This document shows, in pieces, positions 7,601 through 19,600 of a stretch of 31,881 bases of DNA. The notes under the pieces were generated by a model. The model was not told where the DNA came from and ran no database searches. It was given only the letters and a program-made list of their open reading frames with translations. The stretch spans positions 62,001-93,881 of the forward strand of contig CAZCME010000016.1 in NCBI GenBank assembly GCA_964499705.1, read 5' to 3'. The stretch is from an uncultured bacterium (GTDB taxonomy: Bacteria > UBA8481). How positions within the stretch are numbered: the first letter of the stretch is position 1; each line of letters opens with the position of its first letter. Both the position numbers and the translations under genes were made by a program.

Positions 7601-10600
7601 ATCGCCGACATTCCTGGAATTGCCGAAGGCGTCGCTGGCGATGACGCGCCAGAGATACGTGTCGTTCGCGGGCAGGAGGATGTACTCCTCCGTGTCCGCC
7701 ACGGTCGTGTCGACAAAGCTATTTCCGCCGATCGCCGCGTCGAGAATGAGCCTGTAGGTGATGGGGAGCGACGAATCCGACGAGATCGTCCACCGGAACC
7801 AGGTTGCCGTCGCGGTCGTCTCCGTCAGGCTGGCGGGATACAGCAGGGTGAAAGCGGCGGGTGCGGTCGTGTCAGGAGACGCGAGAACGCGGAACGAATC
7901 GACCGTGGACGCGGTCGTGTTCGCGAGATCGTCTATGGCGATGATTCTCCAGAAGTAAGTATCGCCGGCGAAGGTGACGACCGTGTCGGGCGCGGCTTGG
8001 TACGAATCCACGGCGAGCGTGCCGGTGAAAAGGCCGGTCGTGTCGACCTGGATCCGATAGCGGAAGACACCGGCGATGGAATCCGACGCTGCGTTCCAAT
8101 CGAGCGTCACCGGCGTGCCCGCGGTCCGTGTCTCGCTGTTGATCGGAGCGACCAGCGTCGAAATCGTCGGGCCTCGCGAGTCGACGGCGAAGGAAGAATC
8201 GCCGGCGGTCTGTGAATTGAGTGAAGTATCGATGGCCAGCACGCGCCAGTAGAACGTGTCGTTCGTGGGGACGCGGACATATTCCTCCGAGTCGGCGACC
8301 GTCGTGTCGACGATGAAACTTCCCGCCATGTCGGTGTCGACGATCAGGCGATAGGTGATCCCGGGATTCGAATCCGTGGAAGTGCTCCATCGGAACCAGA
8401 ACGCTGTCGCGGTTGTTTCCATTCCGTTGACCGGCTCCAGGAGCGTGAAGGGGAGCGGTGCCGTCGTATCGATCGTCGTGACGACGCGGAACGTCTCGGC
8501 TGAAGTGGCGGCGGCATTTCCGAGTTCGTCCTCCGCGATGACGCGCCAGTGATACGTGTCGATCGCAAGCGTGAAGGTGCTGTCGGGCGACGACTGGTAG
8601 GAATCGATGAGGAGAGCTCCCGCGAAGGTTCCGGTGAGATCGACCTGAATCCGGTATCGCCGAAATCCCGAGAGGGAATCCGAGGAAGCGTTCCAATCGA
8701 AAGTGACGGGCCCGACCGTTCGCGTTTCGTTCGTCAGCGGCCCTGCGAGAGTCGCCAGGGTTGGCGGGCGCGTGTCGATGGCGAAGGTGGAATCTCCCGC
8801 GGCGCGCGAGTTGAGTGACGTGTCGATCGCCAGCACGCGCCAGAGGAAGGTATCGTTGGCGTAAAGGTCCAGGTATTCCTCCGTGTCGGCGACCGTTGTG
8901 TCGACGATGAAACTTCCCGCCATGTCGGTGTCGACAATAAGGCGATAGGTGATCCCGGGATTCGAATCCGCCGAGGCGCTCCATCGGAACCAGAAGGCCT
9001 TCGCAGCGGTCTCGTGTCCTGCCACCGGCGACAGCATAGTGAAGGACAGGGGCGCCGTCGTATCCAGAGTCGTCTCGACGCGGAAGGTCTCCGTAGACGA
9101 GGAGCTTGTGTTTCCGAGATCGTCTTCCGCCACCACGTGCCAATAATAATGCTCGATCGCCAGCGTCACCGTCGTATCGGGAACAGCCTGGTAGGAATCG
9201 ACCGCGAGCGTCCCGGTGAAGGATCCGGTCGTGTCGATCTGGATCCGATATCGCCGGAAGCCCGAGATCGAATCGCCCGATGCGTTCCAGTCGAGCGACA
9301 CGGGGCCGACTGTCCGCGTCTCGCCGGTCAGCGGGGACAGGATCGTAGGAAAGGTCGGCGGGAGCGTATCGACGGTGAAGGATGAGTCGCCGACGATCCT
9401 GCTGTTCGATGCGAGATCGGTCGCGATGACGCGCCAGAGATACGTGTCGTTGGCGGGCACCCGGACGTATTCCTCCGTGTCGGAAACCGTCGTGTCGATG
9501 ACAAATCCGCCCGCCATGTCCGTATCGACGATAAGCCGGTAGGAAAGCGGAAGCGTCGAGTCGGCAGAAGCGGTCCAGCGGAACCAGAAGCCTGCCGCGG
9601 CCGTTTCGGTCGCGCCGGCAGGCAGGAGCAGATTGAAGGAATCGGGAAGCGTCGTGTCCGGCGACAGCACGACAAAGAAAGTCTCCGTCGATGAGATGCT
9701 GGAATTGCCGAGATCGTCCTCCGCGATGATGCGCCAGAAATAGGAATCCCTCGCGAATGCGACGGTCGTATCGGCGGTCGCTTGGTAGGTATCCATGGCG
9801 AGCGTTCCGGCGAAGGATCCGGTCGTGTCGACCTGGATGCGGTACCGGCGGAATCCGCTGATGGAATCCGAGGAAGCGTTCCAATCCAGGGTCACGACCG
9901 ATCCGACAAGGTGAGTTTCCCCGTTCTTTGGAGAGATAATCGCGGACTGCGTCGGCGACGCGGTGTCGATGACGAGACGGGAATCTCCGATCGTTCGGAT
10001 GTTACCGATGGTGTCCATGGCCAGCACGCGCCAGAGATACGTATCGTTCGCGGGCAGAGAACAAATCTCCTCAAGGTCGAACACCGTTGTATCGACGACA
10101 TAACCAACCGCGAGATCAGTGTCGATGATGAGGCGGTAGGAGACGGGGAGATTCGAATCGGAAGCGGCTGACCATCGGAATGTCGTCGTGACGGACGTGG
10201 TCTCGATCGCGTGCAGGGGAAGCTGCAGAGCGAAGGTCGATGGCGGCGCCGTGTCGATGACGAGCCGGAAGGGGGCAGACGCTGTCCAGTTGCCGGCTCC
10301 GTCGACCGCGATGACGCGCCACCTGTACGTATCGTTCGGGAGAAGAGTCAGAGTAGCGGAGGTGGAAAGACCGGTCGCGGAATCAGTGACCATGTCGATG
10401 AAATTGCCGTCTGTATCGATCTGAATCCGATAAAGGCTGATGCCCGCCAATGAATCGGAGGAAGCCGACCAGGAAAACGCAATCGAGACGGCGTTCGTGC
10501 CCGTGCCGTCGATAGGAGCAATCGGTGACGTAAGGAGAGGCGGAGCCGTGTCGATGATGAAATAACGCGAATCGCCCGGCGTCGAATTGGAGACGCGGTC

Positions 10601-13600
10601 GATCGAAAGAATGCGCCAGACATAGGTATCATTCGCGGGCAATGTCACCGTTCCCGATGTGGAAAGCGCCGTCGAGGATTCGAGCACGACGCCGCTCCAG
10701 ACCGCATCCGTGTCGATCTGGAGCCGGTATTCGCGCAATCCGGCGCCTGTATCGACGGAGGCCGACCATGTCAGGGAGAATGTGATCGACGATGTCTCAT
10801 GCCAGGCCGCGGGAGTCGTCGGTATCGCGGCGGTCGGACCGGCGGTATCCATCTCGAACCGGACATACGAGGTGTCCTGGAATCCGAGAATGTCGAAGAC
10901 GGAGAATGTCAGCGACTGCGAAGGCGAATCGAGCGGTATCTGATAGATGAGGTTGTAGGAGTCGCGATTAAATCCGCTGTCCGTCAACTGCACCGCGGTA
11001 TAGGCCGCGCTGCCGATCGCCTGCGACTCGTTATCGTCTTCCAGATGGAGCGTGATGGTGTCGATTTGTCCCGCGCCGGCGCCGGTGGGATTATACCAGA
11101 CCGTGTCCGCGACGGCGCCTGGAGTCACCGGGGTGTCGTCGAAGAAGAAGAGAGGGGCCGACGAAACGATCGTGATTGCGGAGATGCGAGGTATGCGCGA
11201 ATCGACGGTGAACGACCAGACCGTTGCCGATGCCGTATCGACCATGCCGCAACTGTCGTACGGAATCACGCGCCAGAAGTACGTGGAGTCAGGAAGCGCC
11301 ATGATATTGTGCGTGAGCGCATACTCAAAGGAATCCTCCAGCAGGGACGTGAAGGGCGCGTTGGCGGAGACCTGGACGACGTAGCCGCGCGTTCCGGCCT
11401 GGGTATCGACGGAGGCCAGCCACGAGAGTGTCGGCGTGGAGTCGCCCTGCACCTGGCCGTTGGCGGGCGATGTGAGCGCCACCGCGGGAGGCGCCGTGAA
11501 GTCGCGGATCCAGTGCAGGAGATAGGTGTCGAGATTTCCGGCCGTGTCGCCGATCTGAACGGACATGGTCGTGTCGGCCGTGCCTCCCGCGATGGTAAAG
11601 GCGGTGAGGAACGGAAGAACCGTGTCCGTTGTGTTGATGCCGTTGAAGATTGTCGGGAAGACCGCGTGGTCGGCGCCGGATGCCGTGACGAGGACGGTAT
11701 CGATCTGGCCTGATCCGCCGCCGTTCGCGTTGAAGTAGATCGTATCCTCCCTCACGCCCGTATCGATTCCACCCGCCTCCGAGAAATAGAGGAAAGGTGT
11801 CGATGTGATCCCCAGCGACAGGAACAGGGGTAAGGTCCTGTCCACGAGAACGCGTCGCGCGGTATCGGTCGCGGAGATATTTTCCGCGTCGTCGATCGCG
11901 GTGACGCGCCAGTACCAGACGCCTTCGGCCAGAGCGAGGCCTGTTTCTGTGGCGCCGATGATGATCGTGTCCGCGGCCAGGGTTCCGGAAAATGTCCCGG
12001 CCGAATCGACCTGGATGCGATAGCGATTCACGCCCGAGAGAGAATCCGCGGAGGCAATCCAGTCGAACCATACGGACACGCTGCTTGTCTCCGCCAACTC
12101 GGCAGGCGCAAACAGAAGGGGAATCGCTGGAGGAGCTGTATCGACGACGATGACCCGTGGCGCGACCGCGGAGGTATTGCCGGCATCATCGACGAGCAGG
12201 ATTCGCCATTGATATGTGTCGTTGGCGGGGAGCGTCCTCGATCCGGTTGTTGCCGGACCCGTGGAGCTGTCCACGATCAGGCCCGCAAAATCCGCGTCCG
12301 TATCGACCTGCAGCCGGTATGCGGAAAGCCCGGAATGGCTGTCGTATCCGGCGATCCACGAGAAGAAGACTGTCGTGACGTTCGTTTCGCTTCCGTCCGC
12401 GGGCAACGACAATAATCCGGCGACCGGCGGCAGCGTATCGATCACGAGAAGGCGCGGCGCGAGTGCCGCCGTGTTGCCGGCATCGTCCATGACGAGAACG
12501 CGCCAGCGATACGTGTCATTGGCGGGAAGTGTCAGCCAGCCGGAAGTCTCCGTTCCCGTTGCCGAGTCGGAAACCAGATCGGTGAAGTTGCCTTCCGTGT
12601 CGACCTGCAGCCTGTATCCGGCGACACCCGCGTGCGAATCCCAGGCGCTCGACCAGAGGAATCGAATCGAGGCGGATTTCGTTTCGTATCCGTCGGATGG
12701 AGAAGTCATCGCGCCGGGAACGGGAGCCGCCGTATCGACGAGGATGGTCGTCGAAGCGCTGGTCTCCGAATTGCCCGCCGCGTCATAGGCGATGACCCGC
12801 CAATAGTAAGTGCGCGAGCCGGGCAGGGAGAGCGTTCCGGTCGTCGCAACTCCATTCGCGGAATCCGCGGCGATCGATGCGAAGAGCGCGTCTGTCGCCG
12901 CCTGGAGTTGGTAATTGGTGACGCGCGTCAGCACGTCTGTGGACGCGGTCCACGTGAATGCGATCGACGTCTGGCTGGTTTCCGCTCCACCGGCCGGCAG
13001 CAGCAGGCCCGGCGCCGTCGGAGGTGCCGTGTCGATCAGTACCCGGGAGTCGCCGACCTGGCGCGCCGTGCCGTACGAATCGGCCGCGATGACGCGCCAA
13101 AAATAGGTATCGCCCGCCCTCAACCGGGCGACGACGGCGGAATCAATGACGGTCGTATCCAACACGTAGGTGCCCGCCATGTCGGTATCGATGATGAGGC
13201 GGTAGGTGACGGGATTCGACGAGTCCGTCGCCGGGGTCCAGCGGAAGACGAGAACCACGTTCTTCGTCTCCGTGCCATGGACCGGCAGCGAGAGCGTGAA
13301 GGCGGAGGGCGGAACGGTTTCGTGCGTCGTCCGCGCTCCGGGTTGAGAATCCGAGTAATCGGATTCGTTCACGAACGGCGCGGCGTCCATGGACGACACG
13401 CGGTAGTAACGCGTGTCGCCGATGGCCAGGTTGGAATCCGTCAACCTGTCGACGCCGGCTGCAACCTGGGCCAGCAGCGCCCAATAGGACGTGTCACGGG
13501 TCCGGGAGGAATAGACCCGATAGCCGTTCAATCCCGCCGCGGCCTCCGGTTCTTCGGAACCACTCGCCGCCGACCACGATATTTCGATCGTGGATTCCGT

Positions 13601-16600
13601 CATGGCCGCGGCGGCGACCGTATCGGGAGGATTCGGAGCGGTCGTGTCGGCCGTCAAAGCCGAGTCGATGATTCCGAGCCGGAAGGGTTGATAGACGGCT
13701 CGATTGGCCTGTTGACCCGTGATCCGGTTCCGGATCTGCACGGAGTCCGTCGTGCCCCACCACGTGCGGGAGAAGTTCAACGCTACGATCTCCGCGTTCG
13801 CTCCGTAACTTCCTCCGAGCAGAATGTTGTTCTTCTCAATCCAGATGCTGGCGACGGAACTCTCCACGGAGACGCCGTGCGTGCCGTTCGAGTCGCATGT
13901 ATTGGCGAGAAAAGTGCAGCGGTTCGAATTGCGGAATGTGAAACCGGAATAGGAATTACCCCGTGCCGTATTGGAGACAAGCAGACAGGAGTCCGAGCCG
14001 TTCAAAATTCTGAAACCGTGCTGCGTGTTCGTCTCCGCCAGGTTCTGAACGACGCGATTATTTGTGCAGTACGTGTCGAGTCGGAATCCGTTCGTATTCC
14101 TGATGGAGCGATTGCCGATCAGGGAGTTGCTGCCGCTCGTGTCGCGCAGGAGGATTCCATCCGCCGAGCCGCCGTACACCGTGTTCGACTCCAGGCGGTT
14201 TCCGCCCGAACCCACGACCTCGATACCCGCCCACGCCATGTACTGGATCTGGTTTTGCCGCAGGAGATTGTTCGCGGCTCCGCCGGGCCCGTCGAGATAG
14301 AAGCCGTTGTTGGACCCGCCCGTGATGAGACAGCTCAAAAACGAGTCGCCGTTTCCGGAGACGGAAAGCGCTCGCCATGTCGGAAAATACATCCGGATAT
14401 TGTCATACGTATTATTTCCGCCGCCGGAGGCCCAGATGCCGATGACGTCGCGCGTCGACGTGCAGGTCGAGATCGTGTTGTGGTGCGCGTTCGTGACGAG
14501 CGAGAATGCGCCGCTGGCGGATGCTGTGGAGAGGCACTTGTAGATATAATTGTAAGCGGAACTTTCGATCTTGATCGCGTCGGTCGCGGTGGTGGAATCG
14601 ACCTGCGAGTAGCGAAGCGTGTTCGAATCGGCGTTGTTGCGGAGAAAGAAACCGTAATTGGTCGCCTTGATGACGACGTTCGAATCGAGGAAACAGTAAT
14701 TCGGGCCGTCGAGATCGAAACCCTCGTTCGCGGCGATGTTCACCGAGTTGCGGCGCAGCGTGGTCGAGTCCGAGAGGACGTAGAAACCGTCCGTTCCGAT
14801 CTGCTCGAGAATGTTGGAGTCGAAAACGTTGCCGGCACCGCCGGCGATATAGAAGCCCTGGTCGTTGTTCTGCGGCACGCGATTGGCGTAGAAGATATTC
14901 TGCTTCGCCGTGCCGCCCACGGCGAAGGCGCCCCATGTGTTGCCGTTCGATGTGTTGTACTCGCAGATGTTGGAATCGGAATTGGCGACCTTGAATCCTT
15001 CCTGTCCGCCCCCATACGTGATGTTGGAGTCGCACCAGTTGGAATCGGAGCCGCCCGTGATCTCGATGTTGGCCAGGGTATTCCAGTGAGAATTGTTCCC
15101 CGTCAGCCGGTTTCGATCCGAGCTCCAATCCAGGAGGATTCCCTGGTTCGCATGGTCGTGGACGTGATTGCCGTACAGCGTGTTTTGCGACGCGGCCGCC
15201 ACGTAGATTCCGACCCAGCCGTTATGATGGAAGTAGCAGTTTTCGACGCGGTTCCCCTCGCAGAAATCCGTCATGAGGATGCCCGCGTTGCTGTTGCGCC
15301 CTTCAATGCGCGAAACGATGCAGGAATCGACATGGTTGATGAACACGGCGAAGAAAGCGTCCTTGATGCCGAAATTGGAGATGGAGATGCCGGCGGCGTT
15401 CAGTTTGACGCCCTTGCTGTTCGTCGTGGAATCCCCGAAGTTGAGGAGCGTCGTCTGTGAGTCCGCTCCGATGATCCAGCACTGCGTGTCGATGTCGAAC
15501 GTGTCCGGTTCCGCATAGCTTCCCACGTCGACATAGACCGTGTCGCCGGCCGTCAGCTTGCCCTCCAGGTCGTTCAGATACCGCTTCGGCGACGTGCGCG
15601 TCAGGCCGTTGTTGGCGGATGAGCCGACCGCGAGCGTATACGTGTCCCCCGCGAGCGACGCGTCGTTGACATACCAGATGTTCGGATTGGCCGTGTCGAA
15701 TCCCTGCTGAACGAGGAAGGTCTCGACGTGGAGCCCGGACATCATCTTGTTGCCGACGCTGTCGTACGCGAGGACGCGCCAGTAATAGGTGGAATCGGCC
15801 AGCGGGAAGAAGAGGGAGACATCCGTGTCGGGATGCGATGTCGTCGCCCAGTCGACGATCGCGGAAAAGTCGCTGGTGCCGGATACTTCGAGACGATAGG
15901 AACTGATTCCGGACTGCGAATCACAGGATGCCGTCCATGAGAAAGCGGGTGTCACGGGCACGCTTTCGCCGCGTGGGGAAATGAGCGTGACGGAATCGGG
16001 GGGGATCGTGTCGGGGCGGAAACGGAGGATCAACGTGTCCGCGATGTACTGGGTCGAGCGGACGGTCACGGTTGTCCAGGTATCGGTTGAAGCGTGCGCG
16101 GCGCGGATCGCGAAGAATGCCTGATAGGGATTCGACGCGTCGGTCTGCGCGCCGGAATCGAAGATCGGTCCGACCTCCATGGAGTCCCGGATCGTGGCGC
16201 TGAAGGCGACGGTCATCGCGATGTGCATCGAATCCGCCGCGAACCAGACCGTGTCGCCCGCGACTCCGGTATCGATCGGCACGGAATCGTAGAAGCGGGT
16301 GTTCGTGGAGAAGGCGATCGCATCCAGGACGGGTGTGTCGGGAACGATCCGGTTTCGGAATGTGTCGGTCACCGATGTCTCCGTGTTGCCGGCGGAATCC
16401 TCCGCGATGACCCGCCAGAAATACGTGTCGATCCGGAGCGTCATCGCGGTGTCGGGCAGGATCATGTAGGAGTCGGCCGCCTTGACCCCGGTGAATGTTC
16501 CGAGCGTGTCGACCTGGATCCGATATCGATAAATGCCGGACAGGGAATCGGATGAGGCGTTCCAGTCGAAGACGACCTGGCCGTAGGTTTCGATACCTGC

Positions 16601-19600
16601 CACAGGTTTGACGAGCACCGGCCTGGAAGGCGGGGCCGTGTCGAGCAAGAAGTAGGAGTCGCCGAAAGCGGCGGAATTTCCCAGGGCGTCCGCCGCGATG
16701 ATTCTCCATCGGTACGTGTCGTTCGCGGGCAGATGTTCCAGCACGAAGACCTGGGTGACGGTCGTATCCACGACATAGGGCAGGACCATGTCCGTATCGA
16801 CGATCAGCCGGTATGTCATCGGCGGCGTCGAGTCCCCGCCCGCGCTCCACCGGAACCAGACGGAATCCATCCGCGTCGCGCTCCACGGCGCCGGGAGAAT
16901 CATCTGCACCGATTCGGGAGGAGAGGACTCCGGAGAGTAGACGCGGAAGGTTTCGGTGTTGACGGTCGTCGTGTTTCCGGCGTCGTCCTCCGTGATAACC
17001 GTCCAGAAATACTGGCCAAGGAGCGGGAGCGTGATGCTTGTATCCGGAGAGATCAGGTAGGTATCGACGGAAAGTGTGTCGGCCGTGAAATTGGCGATGT
17101 CGTTCACCATCAGTCGATACCGGCGCAGGCCGGACAGCGCGTCGGTCGCGGCCGTCCAGTCGAGCGAAACCGTGGAGAGGCTGATCGTGTCGTTGATCGG
17201 CGAGTTGAGGGTTACGGCCGTCGGGGGAGTCGTATCGATGACGACCCGGGAATCGCCGACTGTCACGGAATTTCCCAGAGCATCCGTCGCCGTGATCCGC
17301 CAGAGGTAGGAATCGTTCGCCGCGAGCGGGAGGATGGCGTTGTAACGGTTCCAGATCGTGGAATCATGAATGAAGGAACCCGACATATCGGTGTCGACGA
17401 TGATCCGGTAGGAGATGGGCGGAGTCGAATCGCTCCCGGCGCTCCAGGTGAAATTCACGGCCAGGACCCGGGTTTCGGAGACGTGAGCCGGGGAGACGAG
17501 ACCGATACCCGTGGGAGGAGCGGTCTCCGGAGAATACACGTAGAAGGAATCGGAAGCGGTCGTGGCGGTGTTGCCGACCCTGTCCTCCGCGATGACTCTC
17601 CAGTAATACCTCCCGATGTAGGCGAAAGCGAGCGTCGTATCGGGCGTCGCCTGCCAGGAATCGGCGACGAGGACTCCGGTGAAAGTTCCCAGCGTGTCGA
17701 TCTGCAGCTTGTATCTGAGGAATCCGGTAAGGCTGTCGGCGGATGCGTTCCAATCGAGGGTGACGGGTGAAAGCACGAGCGTATCCGCCCTGGGAGAGAC
17801 GAGGGCTGGCAGCGTCGGAGGACGCGTGTCGATGAGAATACGCGAGTCGCCATAGGTGACGGAATTGTTGATGGCGTCCCGGGCGATGATGCGCCAGAGA
17901 AACGTATCGTTGCCGGGAAGTTTCAGCGTGACGAAGTTGGTGTCGACCGTCGTGTCGATGATGTACGAGCCGGCCAGGTCCGTGTCCAGAAGGATGCGGT
18001 AGGAGATGGGCGGCGTGGAGTCGGAGGCTTCCTGCCAGCGGAAGAGGATTGTGGAGGCGCGTGTCTCGTGCGCGTGCAGGGGTGAAGTCGGATTCGCGGG
18101 CGCCGGCGCGGCGGTTTCGGGGATGTAGACATGGAAGGAATCGATCGGTGAAGTGGAAATCCCGATATTTCCCGCTTTGTCATAGGTGAGGACGCGCCAG
18201 TAATAACGTCCCGTCCTGTCGAATGTCATCACAGTGTCGGCGGCGACGTAGGAGGAGGTATCGACTTCCAATGGACCTGTAAAGACACCCGTGGAATCCG
18301 CCTGCACGCGGTATCGTTGAAGTCCCGTCAGGCTGTCCGAGGAGATTTCCCATTCCATGGACACAGGCGACGTGAGGAAGATACCTCCGAGCGGGGTGAC
18401 GGGCCGAGACACGAGCGGGGGCATGGTGTCCAGCACGAAGAGCGAATCGCCGATCTGCGTCGAATTGCTGAGCGCATCGCTGGCGATGACCCTCCATTGA
18501 TATGTGTCATTACCCGGCAGTGCCTGCAGGCGGAAGGTGTCCGTGAGACCGTTCAAATCGTACATGTAGGGCGGCACGAGATCCGTGTCGATGATCAGCC
18601 TGTACACGATCGGGGCCGATGAATCGTAGGCTGTGGACCATCGGAAGAGGACCGAGGCTATGTTCGTTTCTTCACCCGAGAACGGACTGGTCAAGCTGAA
18701 TGCCGTGGGGCTCGTGACATCCTGCGCGACGGATGTGTCGATGATGACGGTCCGGAAGGAGGACGCCGTTGTATTGCCGACGTTGTCGACGGCGACCACG
18801 CGCCAGAAATACGTGTCGCTGCCCGGCAGGGCTTTCTTGCCGATCGTGTTGTTCCCGGAGAACGAGTCGATGATCGGCTGGGCGAAGGTGACGGACGTGT
18901 CAATCTGGATCCGGTAATGGCTCATGCCCGCCATCGTGTCCGTGGTGAAATTCCACTCGAAGTTGACGGTCTCGCCGCCGATCACGCGCCCGCTGTCGGG
19001 CAGAACGAGCGTCATGGCCAGCGGCGGAATCGTATCGACCTGGAATCGGATGTTGGCCGTGTCATATCCGCGCGATGCATCGACGGCGCGGATGGATATC
19101 GTCCTCGATCCGGAGTCGGCCGGGATGCGATAGACGAGCGAGAATGTTTCGCGCCCGACGCCGGAGTCGCTCGTCTGAATGTCGATGTAGGCGGAGGAGC
19201 CGAAGACCGCGGACTCTGTGGTGAAATGGACGTCGGCGATGATCGTGTCTGTCTGGTTGCTTCCGGCTCCGGTCGGGTTGTACCACACCGTGTCCGTTCC
19301 ATTGGCAGTCGCCGCGACGGGTGGCTGAGAGTAGTAATAACCGGAAGCCGAGGAGAGGATCTCGAAGGAGTCGAATCCGGAGTGGACGTTGAATCCGGGA
19401 TAGGTGTCCCGGATCGAATAGTTGAAGGCTCCCCCGACGGGCACCAGATGGCAGTGAAACGAGTAGCTGTCCGGCGGGAGGGCGGAATAGGCGAATGTGA
19501 TGTTGTCGGCGAGATTATTCCCCGGCGTCAGGGTCTTGCGGCCCCCGGCATACCACGTGTCCGAGAGATTGAGGACATCGACCATCATGTCCATGGCGCG

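Noticed and set aside
6095-10255. Repeats considered as a CRISPR array or DGR template/variable repeat pair
   Set aside because: They are in-frame ~594-bp coding repeats with no spacer structure. Mismatches are not adenine-specific, and there is no cas or reverse transcriptase gene in the window.
12632-15460. 942-aa plus-strand ORF and other long ORFs inside the giant gene (e.g. 7872-9884, 5039-5941, 20018-21067)
   Set aside because: Antisense or off-frame shadows of a GC3-biased gene, with R/G/V/D-rich low-information translations and no domain motifs.
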